The notes under the pieces: generated by a model | What the model saw: the letters and a program-made list of their open reading frames with translations, nothing else | The model's database searches: none | What the model was told of the DNA's origin: nothing | Assembly (NCBI GenBank): GCA_963708395.1 | Contig: CAVPSG010000002.1 | Span: forward strand, 1,804,401 to 1,868,400 | DNA from: an uncultured Acidobacteriota bacterium | Lineage (GTDB): Bacteria > Acidobacteriota > Thermoanaerobaculia > UBA5066 > Gp7-AA6 | Reading direction: 5' to 3' | DNA length: 64,000 nucleotides | Translations under genes and position numbers: made by a program | Shown: positions 32,249-40,089 of the stretch, piece by piece | How the letters are laid out: every line of letters starts with the position of its first letter | Position numbering within the stretch: the stretch's first letter is position 1

Positions 32249-35014
32249 CTACGGGACGCCGAGCACCTGGAGCTCGGCGGTGAGCGCCGGGTCGCCGGGA
32301 TTCTTCGCGAGCGCATCGCGCACGACCTTCGCCGCGCCGTCGGTGTCGCTCTGCGCTGCGAGCATCCGCGCGAGCTCGAGCGAGGCCTCGGGCTCTCCCG
32401 GCGCTGCCGCGAGCGCGCTCCGGTAGGCGGCGATCGCGCGCTCCGGCCGGCTCTGGCCCGCGTACTGGTTGCCGAGGCCGATCCACGCCTTCGGGTTGGT
32501 CGGGTCGCGGCGCACGCTGTCTTCCATCAGCGAGATCGCCGAGTCGAAACGGTTCATCGACGCGCGAGCGAAACCGAGCAGGTACGTCTCGTGCGGATCG
32601 AGGTCGCGATCGGGATCGAAGTTCTCCATGTCGGGGAAGAGGTGCGTCTGCGCCGCCTCGATCAACGCGTCGTTGTGCGGCGATGTCTCCTCGTACAGCG
32701 CGCGGGGCGCGAAGAACTCGATGATGGGATGGTCGTCGGTGTGGAGGCCGGGCGCGTCCGCGAGGAGGCGCTCCAGATCGCCGCCGGCGAGGACGAACGG
32801 TCCGAAGAAGGCCGCAGGGCTCCAGATGCCGATGCCGCGCAGGTCGTCGGCGAGGCCGGGCACGGTCTCGAACTTCCGCTGGATGCGCTTGAAGTCCCAC
32901 GAAACCGAGTCCGCCGTGCCCACCAGGATCACGTCGCCGAAGTTGGGCCGCCAGTACGTTGCATGCGGAAAGACGCTGCGGAACGTCGCGACGATCATCT
33001 TCAGGTGCTCGGGCCGGAGCGCATGCGTGTGCCACCACTGGACCATCACTCCGCCGGGGTTCAGCCGAGCGCGCGCGGTCTCGTAGAACTCCTTCGTGAA
33101 GAGATTGCCGACGCCCGCCACCCAGATGTCCGACGGGTCCGAGATGATGACGTCGTAGGTCTTGCGCCGGGCGAGCAGGACGTTCCGCCCGTCCGCCGCG
33201 ATGAACCGCACACGCGGGTCGGCGAGGACCCTTCGGTTCTCCTTCTCGAAGAGACGCGCGGCGGCGACGCCCGACGGCTCGATGTCCACGATGTCGATCG
33301 AACGCACGGGATGCCGCGCGACGGCGGCCGCCGAGACGCCGGTCCCGAGGCCCAGGACGAAGACGTCCTTCGGGTCGGGGTGCAGCATCATGCCGATCTG
33401 CCCAATGAGGACCTGCACGGCCATGTCCGAGGGATGCGTGGACGCGTCGGTCTTTCCGTTCGAGCGGTAATAGAGGTCCCCGTCCTCGCGGTCCACCGAG
33501 AGCGTCGTCGAGACGCCGTCCTTGTAGAAGAGCAGGTCCATCTGGCTGGCCGCGGCGCGCCAGTCCGACGCGGTCTTGTAGTTGCCCGCGAAGAATCCGA
33601 CGCCGGTCGCGAGCTCTTTTCGAGGCCAGGCGGGCGCGAACAACGCCGCGAGGACGGCGGCGGCCAGTCCGCCGGCGAGGAGCGGCCGTCTCGCCGGATG
33701 CCGCAGGGCCGTGAGCGCGCCGAGAGCGGCCGCCCCCGAGGCCGCCGCCGCGAAGAGGATCGCCGCGCGCAGCCCGAGGCGCGGCACGAGCACGAAGCCT
33801 CCGAGGAACGCGCCGGCGACGGTGCCCGCGGTGTTCCAGACGGTGACACGCGCGACGCCGCGCCCGACGCCCCCGGGCGAGGACGTCGTCGCGGCGATCG
33901 CCGCCGGATACGCGATGCCGAAGAGGATCGCCGCCGGCAGCACGAGCGGCACCGTCAGCACGAGCTGGACGAGCTCCTGGAAGAAGAAGGACTCGCGCGC
34001 GAGCGGGTGCAGCGCGACGACGCCGGCCGGCAGCTGTCCGACGAGATAGATGCCCGAGAGCCCGGCCGCCGCGATGCCGGTCTGCGCGGCCGCGAAGGCT
34101 TCGACGGGCGCGCGCGCGAGGCGGGTGCGCGCGAAAACAGCGCTTCCGATCGAGAGGCCCGCCAGGAAGATCGCGAGCATCATCCCGAAGGCGTAAACGG
34201 AGCTGCCGAGGATCATGGCGAGCGTGCGCGACCACGCGACCTCGAAAACCATCGCGCAAAGGCCCGATGCCGCGGCGCCCCAGAGGAGAGCGCGGCTGCC
34301 GCCCGGAGACTCCGGCGCGCGCGCGACGGCTGGCGGCGGCATTGCGGGAGCCTCCACGTCCTCCGCCGGCGCTTCGGACGGCCGCGCGAGGCGCAGCGCG
34401 AGGCCGCCCACGGCGAGATTCGCGGCCGCGGCCAGGCGCTCCGCAGACGAGATTCCGAGGTCGGGCAGCAGAAAGTAGGTCGCGAGTCCCACGCCGGCCG
34501 CGGCCCCGAGCGTGTTGGCCGCATAGAGGCCTCCCACGCGCCGCGCCACCTCGGAGGACGAGGCCACGGCGTAGCGCGAGAGCAGTGGCAGCGTGCCGCC
34601 CATGAGCGTCGTCGGCAGAACGAGGACGCCGGCCGCGAGCGCGAACTGCAGCGCGAAGAAGAGAAACGGCGAGCCCTCGAGCGCCGGCTCGAGGCCGAGG
34701 TAGACGGCGGCGGCGGCCCGGAGCAGCAGCGGCACGGCGACCGCCAGAATCCCGATCCCGATCTCGAGCCGGCCGTAGACGCGCAGGGCGCGCGCCGGAT
34801 CGCGGTCGGCCACGCGCCCGAACCGGAGGCTGCCGAGGGCGAGGCCTCCCATGAAGGCGGCGAGGACGGTCGAGACGGCGAGCGTCGTGCTGCCGAAGAC
34901 GAGCGCGAGGCGCCGCATCCAGACGATCTCGTAGACGAGGCCGCACGCGCCGGAGACGGTGAAGAGGAGGAGAAGCCAGGCGGTGCGCGCCGGGGCCGCC
35001 GTCCTGCCGCTCAT
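32249..35014 (-). CDS. Fused polytopic membrane domain / spermidine-synthase-like (PABS) domain / C-terminal TPR protein
   Basis: ATG at 35014 (MSGRTAAPART..). About 12 TM helices (MFS-like), then PABS motifs GLGTGVSAAAVA..DVIISDPSDIWVAGVGNLFTKEFYE..LNPGGVMVQW, then TPRs. Confidence 0.7.
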   Translation of the reverse strand: MSGRTAAPARTAWLLLLFTVSGACGLVYEIVWMRRLALVFGSTTLAVSTVLAAFMGGLALGSLRFGRVADRDPARALRVYGRLEIGIGILAVAVPLLLRAAAAVYLGLEPALEGSPFLFFALQFALAAGVLVLPTTLMGGTLPLLSRYAVASSSEVARRVGGLYAANTLGAAAGVGLATYFLLPDLGISSAERLAAAANLAVGGLALRLARPSEAPAEDVEAPAMPPPAVARAPESPGGSRALLWGAAASGLCAMVFEVAWSRTLAMILGSSVYAFGMMLAIFLAGLSIGSAVFARTRLARAPVEAFAAAQTGIAAAGLSGIYLVGQLPAGVVALHPLARESFFFQELVQLVLTVPLVLPAAILFGIAYPAAIAATTSSPGGVGRGVARVTVWNTAGTVAGAFLGGFVLVPRLGLRAAILFAAAASGAAALGALTALRHPARRPLLAGGLAAAVLAALFAPAWPRKELATGVGFFAGNYKTASDWRAAASQMDLLFYKDGVSTTLSVDREDGDLYYRSNGKTDASTHPSDMAVQVLIGQIGMMLHPDPKDVFVLGLGTGVSAAAVARHPVRSIDIVDIEPSGVAAARLFEKENRRVLADPRVRFIAADGRNVLLARRKTYDVIISDPSDIWVAGVGNLFTKEFYETARARLNPGGVMVQWWHTHALRPEHLKMIVATFRSVFPHATYWRPNFGDVILVGTADSVSWDFKRIQRKFETVPGLADDLRGIGIWSPAAFFGPFVLAGGDLERLLADAPGLHTDDHPIIEFFAPRALYEETSPHNDALIEAAQTHLFPDMENFDPDRDLDPHETYLLGFARASMNRFDSAISLMEDSVRRDPTNPKAWIGLGNQYAGQSRPERAIAAYRSALAAAPGEPEASLELARMLAAQSDTDGAAKVVRDALAKNPGDPALTAELQVLGVP

Positions 35015-35080
35015 CGCGATCAGAATACTCCGGCATCGCTCTCCGGTGAGGCGGCCTTTCCCGGCTACAATTTCCTCGTC

Positions 35081-35816
35081 CGTGATCACCGGCTACAACA
35101 CCGACGTCAAGCACCGCAACCGCGTCTTCCACGTGCAGACGGAGGACAAGGGGGAGTCGAACCCCTGCGTCGAGTCGCTCGTGTACGTCGGAGGCGAGAT
35201 CCTCGCGACGCGCCGCATCTCCTACGCGGAGACCGCGAGCAAGGGCCGCGACGACTCCGCCATCCAGGAGCTGATGGAACAACAGCATCGCGCGATGATC
35301 GCGGCGATCCAGCGCGGGAAGTTCGACGGCCCCAACGGCAGTGTCCGGGCCCCGGCCGCGGAGGAGGCGCAGCCCGCGAAGCCCGCTCCGAAGGCGGCCA
35401 AGGCCGCGCTCGAGGAGACCGCGCTCGCCGGCCCGCCGCCGGCGGGTCAGACCGCCGGCGACCGCACGCTCGATCAGGTCATCCTCGACTACCTGGCCGC
35501 CGAGTCGGCGCGCGAGGAGCTCGAGGTCGCAGTGGTCTCCCCCGGAGACTTCGTCGCCGGCCGTGCGGCGCAGATGAAACTGAAGGCCCTGTCCTCCGCC
35601 TCGCGACAGCCCGTCGCGGGCGCGTCGGTCCAGGTCCGGATCCTCTCGACGCAGGCCAAGCCGGCCGTCGTCTTCCAGGGAAAGACCGCGGCCGATGGCT
35701 CCTGCACCGTCTCGTTCGCCGTGCCGCCGCTGCGCGAAGGGAACGCCGCCGCCGTCGTGCGCGTTGTGTCGTCGGTGGGCTCGACGGAGTTCAAGTATCC
35801 GGTGAAGAAGGCATGA
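35081..35816 (+). CDS. Hypothetical protein
   Basis: GTG start. VITGYNTDVKHRNRVFHVQTEDKGESNPCVESLVYVGGEIL.., Ala/Pro-rich middle, C-terminal beta-rich region. Its stop overlaps the thiS-like start. Confidence 0.35.
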
Positions 35817-36025
35817 GCGCCGAGGTCTGCGTCCGCGTCAACGGGGAAGAGATGCGGCTCCCGCAGGGCGAGTCCGTGGCCGCGCTCCTCGAGCGCCTGT
35901 GCGTGTCCCTGGCGCGCGTGGCCGTCGAGCGCAACCGCGAGATCCTGCCCAAAGCGCAATACCCTGTCACCCCGCTTGCCGAGGGCGACGTGTTCGAGAT
36001 CGTGGAGCTGGTCGGCGGAGGCTAG
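35813..36025 (+). CDS. thiS: ThiS/MoaD-family small sulfur-carrier protein (C-terminal GG)
   Basis: 70 aa, MSAEVCVRVNGEEMRLPQGESVAALLERL...GDVFEIVELVGGG ending in Gly-Gly before the stop. No thiF/thiG/moeB is adjacent. Confidence 0.55.
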   Translation: MSAEVCVRVNGEEMRLPQGESVAALLERLCVSLARVAVERNREILPKAQYPVTPLAEGDVFEIVELVGGG

Positions 36026-36242
36026 CCGTCGCGGAGGCTTGCTCGGGGCCCTGCGCGCACCGGCGAACGACTCGGCCAAAGGGCCTCGATCGTTCGCCTG
36101 GACCCCTCGCCGCGCCTCGCTCCCGCGGCCCGAGGCTCCTCCGCTCGCCGGGCGGACCCGCTTCGCGGAGACTCCTCGCGCCGCGAGCGGAAGGCTTTCC
36201 TTGCTCGGTTGAATTCGATCGGCTATTCTCCGCGTCCCGAGT

Positions 36243-36318
36243 GGGCCGTTAGCTCAATTGGTAGAGCAAGAGACTCTTAATCTCTAGGTTGTAGGTTCGA
36301 GTCCTACACGGCTCACCA
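36243..36318 (+). tRNA. tRNA-Lys (anticodon CUU)
   Basis: Hand fold: acceptor GGGCCGT/ACGGCTC, D-arm GCTC-AATTGGTA-GAGC, anticodon stem AGAGA/TCTCT with loop CTCTTAA (anticodon CTT), T-arm GTAGG-TTCGAGT-CCTAC, encoded CCA. Confidence 0.85.
36286..36318 (+). repeat. attL-like direct repeat (3' end of tRNA-Lys)
   Basis: AGGTTGTAGGTTCGAGTCCTACACGGCTCACCA. Confidence 0.55.
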
Positions 36319-36761
36319 CAATTCCCTCGACAGGCGAGCAAATTGTGACCTCCCGAGGCGAGATTGTGACCTCCCGGGATTCGCGCTTCCTTCACGACGG
36401 AGCCCCCATCGAGTCCGCGCGACCAGACCGCGCCCGCGTTCGACCGTTGCCTGACGCGCGGCCGCGGCCATCGCCTGCCCGATGAGCAGCGCGATCGAAT
36501 AGACCGAGTTCATGCCGCGGGAGTGGGCGAGGAGGGTCGAAATCTGGGCGTTCGGACGGTTTGTTGGTAGAGCTCCTCTACGAGTTCGGCTCTCTGATTG
36601 CGGGCGCGACGCTTTCGCCCGGATCGCCCTGACTCGCCTGGCGAGGACCTTCCCGAACTTGTGTTCCACTTTCGCTACCGCCTTCTGGTGGGCCCGCCGC
36701 CGGGTTCTCCGACTCCTGATTTGGCGGGGCGTGCTCTCACTTGGCCGGTTCTGGGCATATG

Positions 36762-37127
36762 CTAGGCCTCTCCGGACATCTTGTCGGCAGCGAGCAGCGA
36801 CGTGTTCCCGCCGAGCGCGACCGTCCGACGCTTCAACTCGGGGGTCCAGTCCTCCTCCGGATGGCTGAAGGCTTGGGGCTCGTCGTAGGCGTTCACCATT
36901 CCGACACGCGTGCATCCCTTCACCATCTCCGGATTTACCGTCATCGTGAGGGCTTTCGCCTTCTGCGAGTCCTCGTAATCCTTGTGCCACTTCTCGACCC
37001 GACGCTCCTCCTGGAGCTTCTGGCTCTGCGACGGCGTCGTCGAGCACCCGCCCAGACAGAGACCAAAGCCGAGACCGAGGACCTCAGCCGCGGCAGTGAA
37101 CCGTCTTCCCGTCCGCGCTCGCAGCAT
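36762..37127 (-). CDS. Small lipoprotein (island cargo)
   Basis: MLRARTGRRFTAAAEVLGLGFGLCLGGCSTTP.. has a lipobox L-G-G-C; 121 aa. This is the C-terminal part of track ORF 36762..37424. Confidence 0.45.
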   Translation of the reverse strand: MLRARTGRRFTAAAEVLGLGFGLCLGGCSTTPSQSQKLQEERRVEKWHKDYEDSQKAKALTMTVNPEMVKGCTRVGMVNAYDEPQAFSHPEEDWTPELKRRTVALGGNTSLLAADKMSGEA

Positions 37128-37144
37128 CGCGCTCAGACGTCCTC

Positions 37145-37524
37145 TTACTTCCGCTTCTTGAAAGCGACGGCGCCCCGTTTGGCGAAACGAGAGGTTCGAC
37201 GGGCTGGCATTCTGCCGCCGCCGCCGGCCGCAGCGAGAATAGCCGGGACCCTCGGCAACTGTGCCCGGGCGATCGCCAGGTCGTGCATCGCCTGGAGGTT
37301 CATCCAGAACTCCGGGTAGTCCCGAGCGCGGCGCCAAACAGGATTGCAGTCTCGGGCGTGACTCCGCGCTTTCCAGTGGCGACCTCGTTAACCCGCTGAG
37401 TGGGAACGCCGAGGTGCGCTGCAAAGGTTACCTGCGCGATTCCGCGCGGCTTCAGAAACTCCTCGACTAGCATCTCTCCCGGATGCGTGGGGATCCGGTC
37501 GGTTGGCAGCATTTTGACAACCAC
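37145..37524 (-). CDS. higA: HigA-type antitoxin (XRE-family HTH); 1-nt frameshift near 37300
   Basis: MVVKMLPTDRIPTHPGEMLVEEFLKPRGIAQVTFAAHLGVPTQRVNEVATGKRGVTPETAILFGAALGTT then, after a missing C in actaccCggag, PEFWMNLQAMHDLAIARAQL... Confidence 0.6.
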
Positions 37525-37537
37525 CCTTTCTGCTGAC

Positions 37538-37828
37538 TCAGTGATAGTCGGTCAGCCTGACTTCCGCGGCGCCGGACTTATCCCATCGGAAAACGATCCG
37601 CCACTGATCGTTCACCCTGACGCTGTGAAACCCCGCCAGGGCGCCCTTCAAAGCCTCGAGCCTGTTGCCCGGTAGCGCCGCCAGATCCGACAGCTCGGCC
37701 GCGGCGTGGATAGCGTCGAGCTTCCGGAACGCGCCTTTCAGGACATCTGGACCGAACTTTCGAGCTCGCGCCGAAGCTAACCCGTTCCAGACGTCCTCCG
37801 TCGCCGCGTCACCAAAAGACGTGATCAC
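37538..37828 (-). CDS. higB: HigB-type (RelE/ParE superfamily) toxin
   Basis: (V)ITSFGDAATEDVWNG....FGPDVLKGAFRKLDAIHAAAELSDLAALPGNRLEALKG...WRIVFRWDKSGAAEVRLTDYH (HigB layout: TE..WNG, RL..L, WRI.F). GTG at 37828; an alternative ATG at 37882 is possible. Confidence 0.6.
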   Translation of the reverse strand: MITSFGDAATEDVWNGLASARARKFGPDVLKGAFRKLDAIHAAAELSDLAALPGNRLEALKGALAGFHSVRVNDQWRIVFRWDKSGAAEVRLTDYH

Positions 37829-37844
37829 GGATGGGCATAATACA

Positions 37845-37865
37845 CGAATACCGTGTATTCGTGCA
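37845..37865. promoter_or_regulatory. Perfect 9-bp inverted repeat (CACGAATAC-cgt-GTATTCGTG) directly upstream of higB; candidate autoregulatory operator
   Basis: Read directly from the sequence. Position is consistent with TA-operon operators. Confidence 0.35.
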
Positions 37866-38232
37866 ATCTGGCCTCTCGGCACCCCTTCTCCAGACCGGTC
37901 TGGGGAACTGCTGCGCCCCCGCGCTGAGCGACGCTAGGAGGGTGCCATCGCGACAGCCAGGAGCGCGGGGTTCCTCGTCATTGAGGGCGGCCGACGTAGG
38001 GCAATTCTATGTCCGGCTGGGGGCGTGGAATTCACCCCAGAACGCGAGCACGAGGGGAGAAACGTAACCCGGTCGCCTCGTGTCCGAGCCTTTAGTCCCG
38101 CTCGAGTTTAGTCCAGACGTCCATGGCCGCGGCACCGGCGTCGGCCTTGATGCGATCTCCTGCTTTGGGCGGGCCGGCGAGCCACGAATCAGTCGGCTGG
38201 ATTGTCCGGAAACGGGCTGAGGGGAATGGGTC

Positions 38233-39411
38233 TCATGCGAGCTTCTTGGCGAGTTGTTCTTCGAGGATTTCCTGGACGGTGAGAGGAATGATGATCCTCC
38301 CGGATTTCCGGAAGAACCCATCAACCTCCTTGAGTGCGTCGCTCGTGAAATCGAAGGCCACGAAAAATCCCTTCTTGGGGTTCTCCCGGGTCATCGCAGC
38401 CTCGAAGGAGTCAATTTCTGGACGTCCCACCCGATCCTTTTGCTTTACCTGGACCGGGTACCACTCATCCATGAAGTCGAGTCCAGCAGTTTCGCCTTCC
38501 TTGACCTCGCTCGTGGGAGCGGCGCCCACGGGAAACACTCGCCCGTCGATCCCCATGTCGCCGACCTGCACTTTGTTTGGAATCCCGCCGATGGCGATCA
38601 CGGCCCAATTCTCGAACTCGAACGGAGGGATCTTCCGCAGCTGATCCACGGACCATGGGAGGTCGCGCACGACGAAACCCCGCCCAATCTTCCAGAGCTT
38701 CTCGTCTTCCCGGAGCGTTGTCTCGCCCCGTAGGCGCTTCGCCATGACCCGGCAAGCCGTTGGGGATACGTCGATCCCGATCCATTGACGCTTATGCCTC
38801 TCGGCAGCTAGCAAAGCCGTGCCGCAGCCGCAGAACGCATCGAGAACAATGTCGTTTTCGTTTCTGCTTGCTTGAATGATTCGTTCCAGCAACGGTAGAG
38901 GCTTCTGCGTAGGGTAGCCGAGCGACTCGGCTGCCTGGCTGTTGATTGGCGGAATGTCGTCCCACAGGTTTTGGAGCGCGGGACCTGCTGACTCGTCGAG
39001 GTACATTTTTAGGCGCAATTGGCCGCCAGGCTTCGCAGGGAAATGAAGCCGGTTCTCTCGATCGTACTTCTCCATGCGGTCTCGGTCGCATGACCATCCA
39101 TTCGGATGTGGCTCATAGGTGATGCCGTTGCTAGCCTTGAAGGAATAGCGGAGGTTTGGTCGCTTTCCCGGATTCCGAAGCGTCACGGACTGCCAGTTTC
39201 GGCCGTCCGCGTCTCGATAGTTGAATCTCCGCTCAACGTACTCCGGCTCAAAACTCCCATGAGTCTGGTTCCACGTGTAGTCTGCCGAGTGCACGTAGTA
39301 GAAAATACTGTCGGTGATCGCCCCGAAACGTCTTCCAGCGTTCCCGTGAGCAAGACCCTCGCAGATCGGGCGATTGTGGGCTCCTGACCCCGGTTTGTGC
39401 GCTCCCGCCAC
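38233..39411 (-). CDS. DNA methyltransferase (N4/N6 beta-class, C-terminal half with motif I) fused to an Mrr-like PD-(D/E)xK restriction-endonuclease domain; N-terminal region disrupted
   Basis: ..GYPTQKPLPLLERIIQASRNENDIVLDAFCGCGTALLAAERHKRQWIGIDVS (HPTQKP/DPFxGSGT-type motifs). C-terminal GDMGIDG..EWYPVQVKQK..GFFVAFDFTSDA is an Mrr_cat-like D..(E/Q)xK core. The expected upstream DPPY/NPPY motif was not found in any frame; there are three frame changes within 39250..39420. Confidence 0.55.
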   Translation of the reverse strand: MAGAHKPGSGAHNRPICEGLAHGNAGRRFGAITDSIFYYVHSADYTWNQTHGSFEPEYVERRFNYRDADGRNWQSVTLRNPGKRPNLRYSFKASNGITYEPHPNGWSCDRDRMEKYDRENRLHFPAKPGGQLRLKMYLDESAGPALQNLWDDIPPINSQAAESLGYPTQKPLPLLERIIQASRNENDIVLDAFCGCGTALLAAERHKRQWIGIDVSPTACRVMAKRLRGETTLREDEKLWKIGRGFVVRDLPWSVDQLRKIPPFEFENWAVIAIGGIPNKVQVGDMGIDGRVFPVGAAPTSEVKEGETAGLDFMDEWYPVQVKQKDRVGRPEIDSFEAAMTRENPKKGFFVAFDFTSDALKEVDGFFRKSGRIIIPLTVQEILEEQLAKKLA

Positions 39412-40010
39412 ATGCGGTCGCCGCCTCCGCCTCGTCGACGGACTCCCGCGAGATCACGGTGAGGCCCGCGCGCTTCTCGGCAGCCCCCTCGCGCGCGGCC
39501 GCCTCCATCGCCTTGCCGACGTTCCGGGCGAGGAGGTCGTGGTCCGTGGTCGACAAACACGAGCCCGAGGGCACGGGGACGCAGGGCGCACAGGGCGAAC
39601 GCCTCGACGAAGTCAGCGAACGCGGGCCACGTCTCCCGGAGCTTCTCGATGATCTTCTCGATCTCGGGCCACGGGACGTATTTCTTGACGAGCTTCTTCC
39701 TCTTCGGAGCCTTCTGGGACTTCTTTCCGAGCCGTTTGATCTCGGGGACCGCGATGATCGCGTGACCCCGCTTCGCGTCCCGGAGGACGGAGAGCAGGAG
39801 GGAGACTTCGCCCTTGATCGTCTTCGTGACGACGCCGTCAGAGATCCGGGCGTTCCGGTACGCCTTGATGGTGTCCTCGGCCACGAACGCAGTGAGCCTG
39901 CCGATTCCGGTGCGTTCACAGATGCGGTCGAGCTTGTACCCGGCCCGGAGAGCCCACGCTGCACCCGCGTGGGCCTTGATCTCCGCGACGTCCCCTGCAC
40001 GCGGATGTTA
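39412..40010 (-). pseudogene. Tyrosine-recombinase N-terminal fragment (SAM-like core-binding domain plus start of catalytic domain), truncated or frameshifted
   Basis: GTG-initiated frame: VAEIKAHAGAAWALRAGYKLDRICERTGIGRLTAFVAEDTIKAYRNARISDGVVTKTIKGEVSLLLSVLRDAKRGHAII..KKYVPWPEIEKIIEKLRETWPAFADFVEAFALCALRPRALGLVFVDH. The frame is lost after ~150 aa and no RHR-Y catalytic part follows. Confidence 0.35.
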
Positions 40011-40089
40011 GGCGGACGCACTCGGATGCCCTCAAGATTGCAACCTCGATTGCGATGACCCAGAGTCGAAACATCGCCCAACCGGGGTC

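Noticed and set aside
36313-37047. 244-aa minus-strand ORF
   Set aside because: Runs 6 nt into the tRNA-Lys gene and overlaps the better-supported lipoprotein gene in another frame. It is at most a transposase remnant (see finding), not a gene.
38007-38324. 105-aa ORF (Ser/Pro-rich) between higB and the methyltransferase-Mrr gene
   Set aside because: Low-complexity composition, overlaps the 3' end of the methyltransferase-Mrr gene antisense-wise, and has no motif. It is treated as intergenic or promoter region.
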